The notes below the pieces were generated by a model that was not told where the DNA came from, made no database searches, and saw only the letters and a list, made by a program, of their open reading frames with translations. The translations under genes were made by a program, and so were the position numbers. 64,000 nucleotides of DNA from a plasmid: sequence record NZ_CP040186.1, one strand, 5' to 3'. Below, piece after piece: positions 63,864 to 64,000 of the stretch; position 1 is the first letter of the stretch; each line of letters starts with the position of its first letter.

Positions 63864-64000
63864 ATGAAATTTTTACAGAATATCCCACCTTACCTGTTTT
63901 TTACCGGTAAAGGGGGCGTCGGTAAAACCTCTATTTCCTGTGCCACCGCTATCAGCCTGGCGGAACAAGGCAAGCGGGTTTTGCTTGTCAGCACCGATCC
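63864..64000 (+). CDS. arsA: Arsenite-pump ATPase ArsA, 5' end only (truncated by the window edge)
   Basis: N-terminus [30 protein letters not shown] carries a P-loop. Confidence 0.85.
   Translation, partial: MKFLQNIPPYLFFTGKGGVGKTSISCATAISLAEQGKRVLLVSTD

Noticed and set aside
1-64000. CRISPR arrays, tRNA and rRNA genes
   Set aside because: Scanned for regularly spaced direct repeats and for tRNA-like or rRNA-like conserved stretches. None was found.

Overview
This window is a mosaic heavy-metal resistance and accessory region of an enterobacterial plasmid carrying an IncFII-type replicon (repA1 with copB/repA2). From start to end it holds:
- The 3' half of a pco copper-resistance cluster (pcoBCD-RS-E).
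- A ParD/ParE-like pair whose toxin carries an in-frame TAG.
- A small islet of uncharacterised genes: an RHH-domain protein, an Abi_2-like protein, a hypothetical, and a two-gene cassette whose second gene is markedly GC-rich.
- An IS3-family element abutting an ISNCY-like transposase pseudogene.
- An ISPpu12-like ISL3 element (merR-like regulator, CDF transporter, lspA and transposase) inserted with an 8-bp target duplication into a lipoprotein lipase/esterase-like gene.
- A complete extended tellurite-resistance (ter) locus: terZABCDEF on the minus strand; a divergent biosynthetic module (ATP-grasp, two phosphoribosyltransferase-like genes, HAD, HpcH/CitE-like); terW; and a vWA/TerX/vWA/vWA/PP2C/Ser-Thr kinase 'TerY-phosphorylation' module.
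- A tandem pair of bacterial dynamin-like GTPases, followed by an orphan PD-(D/E)xK nuclease.
- A nest of IS debris: an IS629-like remnant, two degraded copies of an IS3-group element (one disrupted by IS30), an IS21-family element flanked by IS110-family fragments, and an IS4321/IS5075-like IS110 element.
- The IncFII replication region (repA1 with copB/repA2 and an upstream putative copA/leader region), a PLD-family nuclease, and a GNAT/DUF1778 toxin-antitoxin pair.
- The start of an ars operon (arsR, arsD, arsA 5' end).
Several genes appear frameshifted or nonsense-interrupted (terA, IS30 tnp, IS110 tnp, ParE, a hypothetical at 9565). These are either real decay or indel errors. No rRNA, tRNA or CRISPR array was recognised.
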